A stretch of 64,000 nt of DNA, taken from positions 96,200 through 160,199 of the forward strand of contig MU619299.1 of assembly GCA_025201805.1 (NCBI GenBank), written 5' to 3'. The stretch comes from Parasitella parasitica NRRL 2501 (taxonomy: Eukaryota > Fungi > Mucoromycota). Positions 1 to 14,757 of this stretch are shown here, one piece after another. How positions within the stretch are numbered: position 1 is the stretch's first letter; each line of letters starts with the position of its first letter. The translations under genes and the position numbers were made by a program. Under the pieces are notes generated by a model. The model did not search any database, was not told the origin of the DNA, and was given only the letters and a program-made list of their open reading frames with translations.

Positions 1-542
1 GAATAAGGTAATTCGAGTAATTCAATGATTTGCGACACAATGATTAATTGGCTTTTTTATAGACCTGGTCGGAGGTGTCTAGCATTCCAATCAATGAACT
101 AAACATCATGGAGATGGAGTTTTTATCAGCACTGGACTACAATATTCATATTCCAGACACACAGTTCTTTGCATGGACATCGACATGTCAACAATGGTGG
201 ACAAATAGCACCTTAATGATGCCCATGTCACCAGCAACACCACCACCGCCGCCTGCAGTGGTTCCAATGATGCAACCAATGAAACGGACACATGATTACA
301 TAGATGAATATGCAACGCAGGCAACAAAGAAACGATACATGGATGACCAGGCACCAGCGCTTACTCCAATTTACAACTACAATTACCCTACACCTCCCAT
401 CAATGTCTGTAAGCCAATTTTGAGCTGGTCCTCATCTGTCTCTGCATTAACGTCAGCCGCCAACTTGAGCACATACTATAATAACGCTGCCAACATGAAT
501 ACATTCCACCATCATCAGCATCCATATCATTCATATCAATAG
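1..542 (+). CDS. Pho80/Pcl-like cyclin, 3' part (5' end outside window)
   Basis: Intron 8-62 (gtaatt...ttatag), then the exon reads (K)TWSEVSSIPINELNIMEMEFLSALDYNI. This is the typical end of the Pho80/Pcl cyclin box, followed by a low-complexity P/H/N-rich tail. Confidence 0.75.
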
Positions 543-1194
543 ATCTTTTGCTACACATTCCCCTTTAGTATAAATGTATAAATGACAATATAATCTTACT
601 GTACATAGCGTATACAAAAAATAAAAATTTGCTATCTTGTAAATACATACACAAACATTTAAGCCCAAGCGACGGTTCTAGTCTTGATAGAACCGCTACA
701 GCGATATTGTCTCACGTGGGAGTAATTTTGTACCGATTGGGTGGTTAAACAAAAGCATAATCGTTGAAAAATGTGGTCAAATTGTATGTTTTGCAAGCAG
801 AAAATATGCTTTGCATGTACTCCTTTGGGACATTCAAAACCAGTTTTTTGCAGTTTCATCATGATGTTCGCAAATTCCACGTGTGTTACTGAAATTGTGA
901 TCAGCAAAAAGAAAATCGAGGCGCCTCGTCTCGTCTCGTCTATCCCCGCTAGTCTATTATAAACTTATGTCATATAAATCAGATGAAACTATAAACATGC
1001 ACCTAATAAAACAAATAGTATACTTATTATAAATAAAAAACCTTTTTAGCCCTAGTGATACATGTAATTTCTTTGTTCCACCAGAAAGGACATTTGTACA
1101 AGTAAATCTATTTGGCCCGCGGTAGACCTATTATTTGTGAAACCGGGTGATATCAAGTAATCATCTTTTGATGATAATATAATTATTCCTTGCC

Positions 1195-1235
<41 letters not shown>

Positions 1236-1804
1236 GGGAATTTTTGATATGCTTGTCTATCAGCGTGAGGTACTTCCAGATTGCATGTAGAACCATCTGA
1301 CATTACGATAATAGGTCAAGCAGGGAATGCTGAGTATGTCCTAGTGGATCACCTGCCGCCGCCGCTGCTCGAGAGTTGCTATGGTAATCTATACATTTTT
1401 ACATGACAAACAAAGTATACATATTCAGCCCACATCATATGTGTATAAACTTGGAACAAATCACCTCCTTGTACCTTGGGTATTTGAATCGCATTTCAAA
1501 AATAGTTAAATTGGGGGTCCAAGGTGTTGATGTAATGTCATGCCATGTCATGTAACTCTTTTCCTGGCTGTGAGCATGTAGTGTTACCATCGTGATTTTT
1601 TATTTAGTATTTTTGACAAAAAGAAACTGTAACAAGTAATAAAAAAAAAAAATTTCCAGATGCGACCATGATTAAAACATTATACAGTGCACGCCACATG
1701 AAGGCACTCCTTTTTCGTTCATGATACATTTGAAAAGCACCCCCAATTTCGGGTTTAATGCAAAGGGAGTCAACTTGCTCTTTTAATCTGACTAATTTAA
1801 CAAT

Positions 1805-3407
1805 TTATAGCACTAATTCGCTGGGATTTCTAACGTAAAACTCAACCCGATCAAGGAAAGCAGCTGCCTTCTGGTCGTTTAAAATTTTTCCAGGCTTCCC
1901 GCCGTCTAGTTTAATTTCAACAGCATGTGTTTCCTTGGGCTGTTGGTTAAAGTCTAACTTTGCATTTTTTGTTGAAAGACGAACGTTGTAAGTAACTGGT
2001 TTTTTGGCTGGTGCACTGCCAAGATAGTCGATCAGATCAAGCATTTCATGATCTGATGAACGCTTCTTTGGTTGTGATACAATGCGCTGATAGCCGCCTA
2101 CTTGCATAACATAAGGCTTGGAATTCTGATATGAATCGGTAATAAAATCATAGGCAGGTTCAGCTAAATTGAAAACCCTTATTTCGCTTGTTAGCATACC
2201 AATGCATAATTTTCGCTTTCTTTCTTCCTTACTTAAATTGGCCGCCTGTGTATTTCCCGGAAAAGGAAGAAGGAGTATGCTTGTAAACAATAGGATTCTT
2301 GACTCCAACAGAACTAATTTTGTTGGCTGTAACATCTTGAAGAGCACGTTCGGCTGCCTTTGCAATGAAATCATTGATACTGGCGTGAGTTCCATGTTGT
2401 TCGTTCATCGATTGGCGTAAACTAAAGAGATTGTCGACGACAATTTGTTTGCTGATGAATGTAGGGAGAGGAGGAGCGACTTCCTTTTGATCCTGCTTCT
2501 TTTCCGTCTATAATAAACAGCGTGAATTACTTGCGAGTGTCTCCTTTCTAGTTTTTTACTACCTTGGCAAATACAATTTGATCTCTAGGGGGTGCAATGC
2601 TGAGGGTAGCCTTGGGTGCAGGCTTGGGCTTGATGAGGCCGAGATGTGCGAGGACATCGCCCTTCAAAATGCGACCGCCATTACCAGACGACTTGATGCT
2701 GTCAACATCCTTGATGCCATACTTCAATACCAAACTCAGCACAGCCGGGGATAATGGCTTCTTGAGCTTACTAGTATCGATATCGTGATGAGAGATAGAT
2801 GATGCGGTAGGAGTAGGCATGGCGGTGGCGGAGGAAGCAGGCTTTTCTTCTATGACATGTAATCAGATCAAGCGGATAAATGTTAACATGGTATTCAGTT
2901 TTACCTTCAGCAGGAGCTGGGTTAGACGCTGACGAGGAGTCTGTTTCTTCGGGGACTTGAACATTGGAGATATCATCGCCTTCTTCAGCAATAAGGGCAA
3001 TCAAACTATTGACAGATCCTTTTTTACCATCTTGAAGCTATTCCACTTGATCAACAACTGCTCGTCCCACACCCAAAAGCCTCTAATACTTACAATAATT
3101 TTAGCCAACACACCATCTTCAGCTGCTTCGACATCGATTTGAGCTTTATCGGTCTCCAGTTCCAAAAGAACCTCACCAGCAGCAAAGGAATCGCCCTCTT
3201 TCTTCATCCACTTGTGAATGGTACCTTCTGTCATGGTAGGACTCATAGCAGGCAGATTGAAGCGGGTAATGGCAGCACTCATTGCAGAAGTGTGAAATGC
3301 TATGTTTTGGATTTTAGTTTGATTGATGATTCCACAAAATTGATTATAATACCCGCAGTTGTCTTGTTACTAACAGTTGTTGTTAATCTACTTGCTAAAC
3401 GATGCAT
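1805..3407 (-). CDS. PDX1: Pyruvate dehydrogenase complex protein X / E3-binding protein (mitochondrial, spliced)
   Basis: Presequence [11 protein letters not shown]..., lipoyl domain ([12 protein letters not shown]...ETDKA), E3-binding domain (LSPAV...[15 protein letters not shown]) and a short degenerate E2-like C-terminal core. Several GT-AG introns. Confidence 0.8.
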
Positions 3408-6070
3408 GATGTCCGTAAATCCACACAATGAGAAACTCGAAACAAGGATGAGGTGAAGACGGGAATAGAAGCGAAATCTACGGGATTGTTGTTGATATAC
3501 TATGGCCCCGGATTAAATCGTGACGTTTACCCTTAGAAATGTACTATTTAAGAAAGTCGTTCCTTGCAGACAAATGAGCTTTAATGCTGTGAATAGAAAA
3601 CCGGATCAGTGAACAAACATTGAGAGTTACTGTCCACCTCACTAGGCCATGACCATGCGTACTATGATAAACCAAAGTCCTATGAGGCAGAGACAACGAG
3701 GAGTCCTTCAGGCAACAAAAACGTTTGTTTTATAACATCCCTATCCTTCCCGCTCAAAATTTGGCTTGCTCAAGGTATCAAAGCATCCTGCTACAGCTTT
3801 TCAACTTGAAATTCAATAATGGAAAAATTTGGACACGGAATTTTAGCTGTGTCTACAAATCAATGTAACAATCTAAATGTCTTGAAATGCAAACTTTTCA
3901 CATTTCATGATGGGCATTTTTATTGCTGCTGCTGTTTGTGTTGCTGTTTACTTTTGTCAGCTTGTTGTATTCAACTTGCTAGTTCCATTCCACATTGCTA
4001 AAGCAATTGTAATCTTATTTTTAAATGATTCAAGAATACCGCAAGTGAGTTTACTCGAGTATTGCTTCTATACTCATCAGTTGAAACAATAAATCTTGGA
4101 CGTTGCTTAAAATTTTGACTAATTCAAAGTACAAGTCCACAAACGCCATAAAATACAAACCAAGTTTTGGACTGTAGCCAATACACTGGTTCTAGCAGCG
4201 ATATCATACATTATCCAGTTCTCCAAAGTTTTATACTCGAGAGGCTTTCTTTTTCAAAGGATTTTCTTTTGATAATCGCTGAATTTGCAATAATGCTGCT
4301 CTTTTCTCTTACGGTACGCGTGGATCACATTTATTTATCTTTAGGCAAACACCTGCATTCAAGAAAACGGTTTTAATCAGGTTGAGCTTCCATTTGAACT
4401 GGTTGATTTTGTTTCCGTTGAAGATTTGCTGTCATATGTGGTATTTCAGTTTTGACATTTACCGCTTCTGAATGTTTTCTTGACTTTTACGGTTTGCAGG
4501 TCTTTTACAAGCTATGCTATAATGATTAATAAAAGTGTTAAAAGAAAGATGTCCAATCTTTATTTACCCGTCAAATTCATATATACAATGAAAAATTGGT
4601 GGATACAATCCTTTATTCTATAACCTTATAGTGTGTACCAATATTAATTTTGAATCATATAAAGTAATATACTTTAAAAGCATTTAATGCAAAATAGGCA
4701 TCGTATCTGTATCGCCGTTTTTGATTTATTTATGTCTGTAATTTTTGACATATAGGTCTAGCTCTTGCACAATAGTATCATTATGTAAAACTACTAGAAT
4801 GTGAAAATGCCCACTCAAGTGTGGTTAGCATCAACAAGTTGTATGTTTTTCGTATGACAGTACACTTGTTTTGAAGGAGACAAGTTTTCATTATTTTTGA
4901 ACAGGATGTTGTATTGCTTGTTGCGACATTTTAGTTTACACAAGGTACATTAATTCTAGTAAATAGAGCTATAATCGTACAACAAATTTACCAGGGAAAG
5001 TGAGGGATTCAAAAATTTCTATTTAGAGATCTCTAATCTATTTTGTACTTCAACGTGCTAATTTATTTGTATACACTTTGGTTTTACATTAATGCTTACT
5101 ATAAGGAATAGCAAAAAAAAAAAAAAAAAAAACCAAGTATTTTGCAACATTGAAATATTATTTTAACAAAACAAAAAAAATAGATGTTTGGTTATGTAAA
5201 TGCGACACCATCTTTCTAATGCTAGAAAATCAGTGCTCAACTTGTAGCACGGCCAAATTTCATTGCATGTAATGCACCAGATCTGGAATAGCTCGTGTGC
5301 TACTCCAATACAAAAAATCAAGCTGATTATTTTAGTTGACAAATAGCATCATTCCGCACACAGGTTGAAGAAATAACATTTTTCAATTGGATTTGTAGGG
5401 AAATTCAAGCAACACAACTTTGGTACAAGGGAAAGAGAATTATTTGCATGATAAAAATTCCGTTTAACATAATGTCATCCACTAGAGTACACAAACGACA
5501 CTACCACATACAGTACAGTTTTGTACTGAGGAAAAATTGGTCGTTTACAATCTTTGAAACACCCTATTTTAGTTGAAAAACACCAGAATAGATAAGGAAT
5601 TGTCAATGACAAAAGTCTATAAAAAGCAGAAATTGTCATTCAAGTTGCAGAATATATTCGAAAAAGACCAGAAGATGAGTTTGTGTCTAATTAAGAAGTG
5701 AAGCCGGAGAAATCGCAATATATTTTTGATGGGCCATTTATACTGATGAACATTTAGAAATCACAGAGTGCTGTAAACAATGATTGCTTACATAAATGCG
5801 GAATACTCTTTTCTATGAATAGATAGCACATAATAATGATGTTTCGCGCCAAATTGATGCTCTTTTTTTTTTTGTGAAAAGAGTTTGTTCTTGGAATTCA
5901 TTTGTCATACACTTTACAATCTAAAATAAGCAACTCAATGTATATATGTTTTACCACCTATAAATATGATCTGTTTAATTTTCTGGTAACAGCTTTCCAT
6001 CTTTCAACTCTCTCTTTGTCAACATCTATCTTTCTTTATTCCATTACGCTCCCTTAAGACTATACTTTAC

Positions 6071-7323
6071 ATGTTCCAAAAGCTTTTCATCCTTGCAACA
6101 GTTGCACTTACAGCAGTAAATGCTCATCCTGGATCACATGTGATTGTCAACGCAGCTGCTGCTCCTCAAACCATCAAATTGAAGGAAACCTACCCTCCTG
6201 CTTTCGCAATTCCTACAGCCAAGCCTGAATGGCTCGAACTAATCAAGAATGTCAACATTACCAAGGCGCCTGTTTACAAGAACGTCAACGATGCTGGTAA
6301 GTGGTGCTCATACATGTGTTAAACACATATGCCAACATTGCCATATACATAATAGGGCCCCAACCTGAAGTTGCTGGCAAAGACCCTCACTGCGATTGGA
6401 CCTTCACTGGCTGTTTTGGCAAAGAAGACCTTTACGAATGTCCCAAGGGTCAATGGGCGCTTACCTACGATGATGGGCCATCTGAATTTAGTCCCAAGCT
6501 GTACGACTACTTGGACCAGGTCAACGTCAAGGCCACCTTCTTCATGGTGGGCGGCCAAGTTGTTCAATTCCCTGACTATGCTCTTCGAGCCTTCAAGTCT
6601 GGTCACGAATTAGCCATGCACACTTGGTCTCATAACTATATGACCACCTTGACCAACGAACAAATTGTCGCTGAGCTCAAGTGGAATGAACTGGTTATCA
6701 AGGAGGTTACGGGCGTCGCACCTCGCTACTTTAGACCACCTTACGGTGACATCGATAACCGTGTTCGTGGTGTTGCTGCGGCTCTTGGATTTGCTCCCAT
6801 CATTTGGAACCATGATACCAATGATTGGGCATATGCCTCTAATCCCAAGGCCTTTAAGGAATCCTGGATTGATGGTAATGTCACCAAGTGGGCTAATGCG
6901 GCAAAGACTGCTACTGTCGGTGGTATTTCACTTGAGCATGATTTGTATACTCAAACTGTTGATGCTGCTATCCGTATCTTGCCTATTCTTCAAAAGGAAT
7001 ACGAATTAGTCCCTGCTGGCAAATGTAACAATGTTCAAGTCTATAAGGGCAATGCCACTGTTCCTGTTGTCAGTAGTGCATCTTCTACTGCTATTGCCAA
7101 CGCCACATCTTCTACTGCTATTGCCTCAACCACCACTACTCCAGTTGCCGTTGCTCCTACACCCAATGCTGTTGGTGCTGTTGATGCCGCTGCTGCAGTT
7201 TCTTCATCTTCTTCCGCCGCCGCTGGCATCGCAGCTAATGCAGTTGGCTCTAGTGCTTCGTTTACTCGTGCTAATACTATTGGTTTAGGTGTTGCTGCTA
7301 TTGCCGCTATGGCACTTGTTTAA
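6071..7323 (+). CDS. Chitin deacetylase (CE4 polysaccharide deacetylase), secreted and probably GPI-anchored
   Basis: Signal peptide; intron 6297-6355; CE4 motifs TYDDGP, HTWSH, RPPYG and LEHD; Ser/Thr/Ala-rich stalk and hydrophobic C-terminus. Confidence 0.93.
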
Positions 7324-9170
7324 ACTTCTCGTCGGTACTCAGACGAGCCTTTTCGTCTAGTATCGTATGAAGCCATTTTAACTATTTAGACTTATGTACT
7401 CCTTTCTCGAAATGAACATCAATTAAAATTGAGATAAAAATGCAAATGTATTAACAGCGAGTATATTTGCGAGTGGAATATTTCTTCTATGAATTTAAAA
7501 TACTTTTAAAGAGGCTATATATTAATCATATTCATTGACATCAAGAAGAAGCGGCCCAATCTATTAATGCACAATGTCAGAAGGTTTCTTGCCTAATTTT
7601 AACATCCTTACCACCAAAGCATTCCTTGACTGTCTTGCTGTGTTTGTTTTCAGCATGCTCACTTAAACTACACAAAGCATATCAACATCCGTTTCTCGCC
7701 CACCTTGTACAATTTACTTACGCTTTTTCACGAGAAGTACAGAGGAAACTTTGGAAGCAGGTTTTGCATATGATATTTTTGGCAGCTTCATTCTATAAAT
7801 TGATGGTTAAGACCTTTTCTTTTTTCAAATATTTCGCATTTACCAAAATCACTCACCGTTTTTTTCTGAGAAGATGCGCCTTTCCCCGGCTGGTCTTTTT
7901 TTCGCTCCTGCCTTGATATTTTTTTTGCACCCTGTAAAAATGCAATAATTGAGTATTTTGACGCTTCTTTATCACGTATTGCTATATTTACGTTTCCCAT
8001 TTTCAACGACTTGAATAGAAAGAGAGAAAGAAGAGATTTTTAATGATAAAAAAAAATTTTTTTTTTTTTTTACCTCTTCAAAAAATTGTAGACGTCTCTC
8101 AATGTGATTTAGTGGGGCGAACCAAAAGAGAGATTGAAATCATGCTATTCTCGCCATTGTATCAACATTTACATGAGACATCTTGTAATGCTTGCTTCGT
8201 ATCTAATAAAAGTAACTAGTCGGTAAGTGCACGTTCAAGTATGCGACTAACAGGCGAAAACACTTAATTTTTGGTGAAAGTCATGTTTCTCCTGGATGGA
8301 AATCACAGCTTTGGGAGTTTTTTTTCTCCTGTCAAGTAAAATACGCCGCATTTTGCCTGCATGATAATATTGATGTGTTCAAGTGCTTGATTTTGATTCG
8401 AGCCTAACCCTTTTGAGCTATTGCATGTGCTTGTGTAGGGCTATTGGTAATGGATAAAGGCCAGTTTGGAAAGACATAGCAATAATTATATCGTCCCATT
8501 TTGCACAACATCAGTTTGCCACTTTAATACATAGTATAAGGCGGAATAATGAAGTTGATGAGAGATGTAATACAAAAGATAAATGCTACAATTATATACT
8601 ACTGGATATATATATTGAAATGCCTAGTATTTGTTGAACAACAGATTAGAAATATGCTTGATTTCCATAAATGTAAAATGTGAAATTTCTGGGTACATTG
8701 CACAGCTATAATGACGAGAGATGCAGTAAGTATGTATGTTGTATGTTGGATTCAGGCTTTTGTAGGAGCTTTGTGAAGAAACTAGTTACGATGTTCAATA
8801 ATATATCTTGATGTAGATGATTATAGACCGAGAACATCAAAGTACAGTGCCATTTTAGAGTTGATCTATGCTAAATGAATTTGTGCTATGAATTATGTAG
8901 CAACAGCGGACTCTTGTAGATCCTTAATAGACTTTAAGTACACTTTTGTGTTATACAACTTTTCTGATCAACTAAAAAGCCTTTTGGACATGTCAGCATC
9001 TCCTCATTGCTCCTTCTTTTTTTCTTTTCTTATCGTATCAGCCCAAGATAAATCAGGGAAGTTGATCTCAATCTAGCTTTTCTCTGCTCTTATTCCTCAT
9101 CTACCCAAGTTCACGGTAAGACGATAGTTTGTTCTGCTAAAGCCAGTTGTTTAACACAAGATGATTCTAG

Positions 9171-11305
9171 ATGTCGCAGCAACAACAGCAGTATTATTCA
9201 GATATAGCTGAAAATATCCCTCTCAGCCAGGTACCAACTTCCGATGAAAAGCATGGCCAAAACGTATACGATCCCCAGTCGCAACAGTATGATACTACAT
9301 ATCAAAGAGTACCAAACGTGGAGTCCATGAATAGTCTTCAACATCTTCAGAGGGAAAGCGCAGTCTCTCTTTATCTTAAACCGTTGCTTAATATCGTCGT
9401 GTCTAGTTTTCTTACAATAGCATTGCTACTCCTTTTCCTTTATGCAGATGGAAAGCCTTTGGATTTTACTATTGCTGGCCTGAAAATTCCATCTCTCGTG
9501 TCTTTTCTTTTGAGCGCAAATTTGATTTTTATTGCAAGCGGCATCTCCAGGTATAGGTTCCATTTGTATGTCATGCAGACATATTTATATTCATCACTGC
9601 ATGTTTAAAATTCAGGGCAATTGCAGAGTACAAGTGGGTTCGTCTTAGCGATGGCGCTAAATTGACCGTAATTGAGATCTATGATGAATGCACTCGTGGA
9701 TTATCAGGTTTGCAAGCGAAAACTGTGCCCCAAGAAAATGACACTAAATAATCACACCTTGTTAGGATTTACCTCAGCTTTCAAAGCATATCACTTTGAC
9801 TGGATCCTACTCGTGGCACTCGTATTCAACATTGGGCTTCTGATAATTAGCCCTGCTTCTCAAGAAATCCTGACTCCCATCGTAGAAACGGTTTCTAACA
9901 GCAGTTATAAAATCAAATTCTATTACATGCGTGCTGAAGAGTTAGGTGGCCGTAGCAGTCTTCAAGGCAGTGGCATGGCTCCCAAACTGAACGGATTGAC
10001 AGCAAACGCTTATATCAGCGCTTCTAGCTTTGCTCAAGCCGCAACTGGTAGTAAGCAAACGCCTATTTTTGACTGCCCATCAGGATCTGCTTATTGCCTG
10101 TTCAAAAATGTAACTTACATTTCAACTAAAATGACTTGCGACACCGTGTCTCCTGATGAAACTGCTATTGTCAATCGCCGAGGAACAGAGCGATTTGTAG
10201 TCGTTTTGAAAGAGTATTTTACAAGTTTGAACATCAGTATGAACCCTCAGAAATTCCCTCACTTTTATTATTCGGGAAACATGGTTAACCGCACCTATTG
10301 GGATTTGGCCAACTACACTGCTCCATTGATGCCAGGTTTATCCATACCCGAAATATTTGCCGACAAAAACGTCTATGATCCAAGGTACCGGCCTTATGTT
10401 GGTGATCAATCTTTTATCATGGCGTACAACAGATCTAGCCAAATCAATTCCTATTTGAACATAAACGGTAGCTACTTGGATTTAGAATTTAAAAAGTGCT
10501 ATTTCAATTCGAGTTATGTATCGGTATGTAAATCACATTCTGAAATGCAGCCAAATACTCATCTATAATTCAGTCTACGTGGAGAACTGCAAACGGAAGT
10601 CTGGAGCAGTACAGCGTCGAGTCAACTGTACCTATTGTCATGGACTACGACAAGGTGATAGGAAACAACACTGGTAATAATTACGACGCAATGGTGGCTC
10701 ACCCAATGTCTGCCGTTATGATCAACGCTTACATTATGCAGCAAACCATCATTGCTGAATTAGTGGCACCAAAGTATTACAGCATCTATGACTATTTGAG
10801 GTCATTTCTCCAAATTGAAGGTTTCAAGTATAGCAAAGATCTTTTCCCTTTTGAAGCTTTCATGCAATATGCATTGCGGGCCTTTGACTATGCCTATTTC
10901 CAGGCTCCTTATGTTGACAGCAGATTTGAACCCATCATTTGGGGAGGTAACCAAGGTGTAGCTGTCTTTAATCTAGAACCTAAATACTCTGTCAAAAGAG
11001 AAGCATCTTATGCTTTATGTTTGTGCTTGTTTTTGCCTGTGGTGTGGTGGGTTGCAATATGGATTGTCAGCATAAGAAAATCCAATGGTGTCGCTCGTGG
11101 TAGCTCCCAAATTGCTCTCCTGACTGCTAGTTTGACACCACTTGCTCAGCATAATTTGAGTAGATTCTCAAATATGGACTGCAGTAATGCATTTAAACAT
11201 TCTAAAAATGTCAAAGTACGAATTGGCGCTTTTACAAACAACAATCAAAAGGAGATCTTTGCTTTTGGCATGGATAATGAAGAAAATTTAAAGCCTTTGA
11301 AATGA
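9171..11305 (+). CDS. DUF3176-like multi-pass membrane protein (spliced)
   Basis: N-terminal TM segment, then DGKPL...IPSLVSFL...AIAEYKW...IEIYDECTRG, a DUF3176-like pattern. A large luminal domain with N-glycosylation sequons and a C-terminal TM segment follow. Confidence 0.6.
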
Positions 11306-11404
11306 TGAGGGTTAATAAACGTTACCCGAGCATAATTCTTTTACAGTATTTGTTCGTGACTCTTGCAGTTTTCGTTACTTTTCATTTTATACATTCATTT
11401 CACT

Positions 11405-11995
11405 ATGGAAGCTTACTACAGCCAATTTACTGAGATTTTCTCCACCCTTCCCGAGGGTTATCTCCCCAAGTGGCTATTGTTCACTTCAGCCCTTGGTATT
11501 TTCAATTCCATCCAGAACTTTTGTACTAGTTCATTGACCAAGCGCGTTTACGCCAACAAGCCTGAAGAAGGTATCATCTTCTTGCAATAGTGCTCTGGTG
11601 CTATTCTAATATTCAGATTTATAGTTACTCCTTTGAGTGGTCGTCTTTTTGCTACTTGGACATGGTCTGTCAGCATGATTCGTATCTATGCTGCTTTCCA
11701 TCTTCAGCATAAATTGTATGTATGATTTTGGCATTTTGACATTTTGACATTTGTTTATTTACATTGAATAGCATGTATGATCTCGGTATTTGGACCTATG
11801 TCATTGCGTTGACTCATTATGCAGGCGAGCTGTTAGTTTTCCGTGGTTGTAAGCTCAATGGGCCATTCATGTCTCCTTTGTTTGTTGCAGGTAAATATGG
11901 CACGCATTATAATTGACACTAGTATTTACCACACGTTAGTTACCTCTCTCATTTGGCTCACTCAAGTCAAAGATTCGTATGTCAAATTCTATTAA
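11405..11995 (+). CDS. ERG28: Ergosterol biosynthesis scaffold protein Erg28 (3 introns)
   Basis: GYLPKWLLF...FNSIQ...VTPLSGRLFATWT...IRIYAAF...SPLFVA after splicing. Confidence 0.92.
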
Positions 11996-12224
11996 ATAAA
12001 TATTACTTGTCTGCGTCTACTTTTTTTTTTTTTTTTTTTTTTTTTGGGTGGGGGGGGGTTAGACTTGTGAGACCCTCAAAAAATCACAACATAGGTATTT
12101 TTGCCTCTTGCTGGTATTATTGGAAAGCTATCTTTCGAAATAACGCATATAAAATGCACGTAATTGTACTTGGAAAAAAAGTATTCGCTATTATCGTTCC
12201 CAGTATTAATATTACATTTATCAG

Positions 12225-14673
12225 CTACTTTTCAGTGACATCTATAGTGGCCCATTCATGGTCATAGTATATATTTCTAGAATGAACATCTTCTGCATGA
12301 TACAAAAGCTCAAACTGACCACGAGATAAAAAGTACATGGGGAAAGAGTGCGATGTAATGCCATCTGTGGCAGGTGTCTGATTGACAAAAAAAAAAAGTA
12401 TTAATAGCAGCTTTCAATAAAATCACAGCAAATCATTATTATACCTCGGGAAGGACAACCTGTTTAATGCCTTCTAACAGTAGCTTGTTTGACAAGTCAT
12501 ATTCTTTGACCCCATCGTTATAGCTTTGAACTGGCTGAATTCGCAAAATTAGCTTTATCGGATGGGCTGTAGTTTCAAGTAAAATCAGTCAGTAGAAGCA
12601 TAATATTCAACAAAAAACATACTGAATCTATTTCTAATGGAAACTGTCATTGTCACATAATCATTGCAAACACACGTAAATTTTCTATGACTTAATTTCC
12701 GTACACTATCGCCCTTCAGTTCTACGACAAACTCCACATTCTCCTTCTTTAAAATGCCCAATTGCATAAATGTCAATTTCAATGACGATCGAAGATTCAA
12801 TTCGCCCTTTCGGCCAGTTGATCCACATCTCCAGGCACCTTTTATACGATTCAGCAACTCTTCTCGATACCAGAACATTTGCAAGCGCGCTTTTTGTTGC
12901 TCTTTTGATATCTTGGGACCTTGGGAAACAACAAACTGCTTGTTTGGGTCGAAAGATGGTATTTCTTGGCGACACACATCTGGTGGTAGAAATAGTCTTT
13001 TTAAGGGCAAGATAATCCTACAAAGCATGGCTGAGGGATTTGACTCTACAATGTAGTGCTTGCCTTACCTCGATGTAGAGCCTGGCTGTACCGTAATATG
13101 TGATACCAGCTCATCCATATCACCCGTCTTTTTTTGATCCATTTTGTTGCTTATAACAAAATCAACGTCAAATGGTGTAGTCCATCTATTTCGTACATCA
13201 AGTGTGATTAGGCAGTACTCGTTGCTTTGTTGGTTTTCTAATTCTACGTTTCTGGTAACAAGCAAAAGATCTTCAATGGGCTGTTGCGACATTGCAAGAC
13301 TGCTACAAGTGCTTGCTTCAGCCGCTTTCATTGAAACTTTGTGTTTGTACAGATTGTTCAGTGCTGTGTTTAAGGCTTCCTTCGAGGCAGGCGTGCTATG
13401 TCTCAAATATAAAATATCCCAGTTGAATGGTTCGACGTTTTGGTATACTGTAATGAGCACATTAAGATACAACTGGCGCGTATAAAACGTAGCAGGCGCT
13501 AAAATATTGCCTTGTGCTGATTGCAATGACTGTATCTCTTCCACTGTGCGATCTAAATAGCCATAGTCGACTTGAATTGTGCCTCCATGGCTTTGGATAA
13601 TGGTTAACAAGGCACATCATTTACTACAATTCGCACGTTACCATTCTCTTTTACCATAGACACTGACCGTAACTGTTGTGCTTGCACCTCGAGGTAACCA
13701 TATCTTTTTGCCAATGAAATCATTTGATCGCTTCTCAGAGGTGCCTTCCCAAGAAAAGACGCGAGTTCCTTTTGTATACAGTTCGATGTCGTATTGATCT
13801 TCAGGAGTAAGTTCTGGGTTCACTAGCATGTTTGTAGTGGTGGAATCTGTAAAGGACAAGGTGATAAAATCAACTGCAATGTTTCCGATATTCTCCAACT
13901 CTATGATAATTTGTGTGCTATTGATAGCTATTAGTTTTGCAGCGACGAATGCCACCAAGAAAAAANNNNNNNNNNAAAAAAAAAAAAAAAAAAAAGCTCA
14001 CACTTCTCCCTCGTAAAGCATAACAGCACCATGCAAAAGTGAGGTTGATTTGATCTTCAATAGAGGCTGATCATCAATCACATCCAAACGTTGAAACTTT
14101 ATAGGGCTTGTATCGCCAGAAGTTTCTGATTTGAATTGCTAGTTAAAGGCACCGACCAAAACAAGGCGCTGGTTATATACTAACCTCTTCTGTTGGTTTC
14201 TATGGCACCGAGTCCGCTAAAAATATCCCAATGAGTTAATGGCAAAAGTAAAGTAACTACAATGTCCTCACCTATGCTTGATTTTAACGAAATTATCATT
14301 TGAGCTATCTTGTGATTCCTTAACTTCATCATCTACCAAGAATTCTTGTTCGGCAAAGCCAATAATTTGAATCAAACACCCCTTTATCACAAGCGTCCCG
14401 GTTTTTTCTGGTGTGCCCGTCAAGTGTATATGTATCGTCGCATTTGCAGGAATACTAACGGCAGTAGACACCGCATTAAATGCTATACCGGATGTACTAG
14501 ATATGACTTTTAGTACTCTCTGGTGTGTTTTACAGTTAAACTGGCGTTACCTTAAAGCAATACTCTGAAGCTCCAAATCAAAACCAAAGGGATTCACTAA
14601 TGTCACCATGAATTCTGATATTTCGTCTTTCACCAGTACAACTTTATACTAATGCATGAATGTGTGTAAGCGC

Positions 14674-14757
<84 letters not shown>

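Noticed and set aside
659-1303. Short ORFs, an 8-bp hairpin (~673-695) and two CACGTG motifs downstream of the cyclin
   Set aside because: No recognisable protein or RNA family. The E-boxes are 3' of the cyclin with no evident target gene.
3700-5900. AT-rich region with short stop-ridden frames, possibly decayed transposon
   Set aside because: No diagnostic motif or termini that I could support.
14677-14756. Poly-Lys/poly-Phe ORF segments from very long T/A runs (also ~50940-51011 and N-flanked A runs)
   Set aside because: They lie inside introns or intergenic DNA, often next to N gaps. They are homopolymers probably inflated by assembly, not coding.
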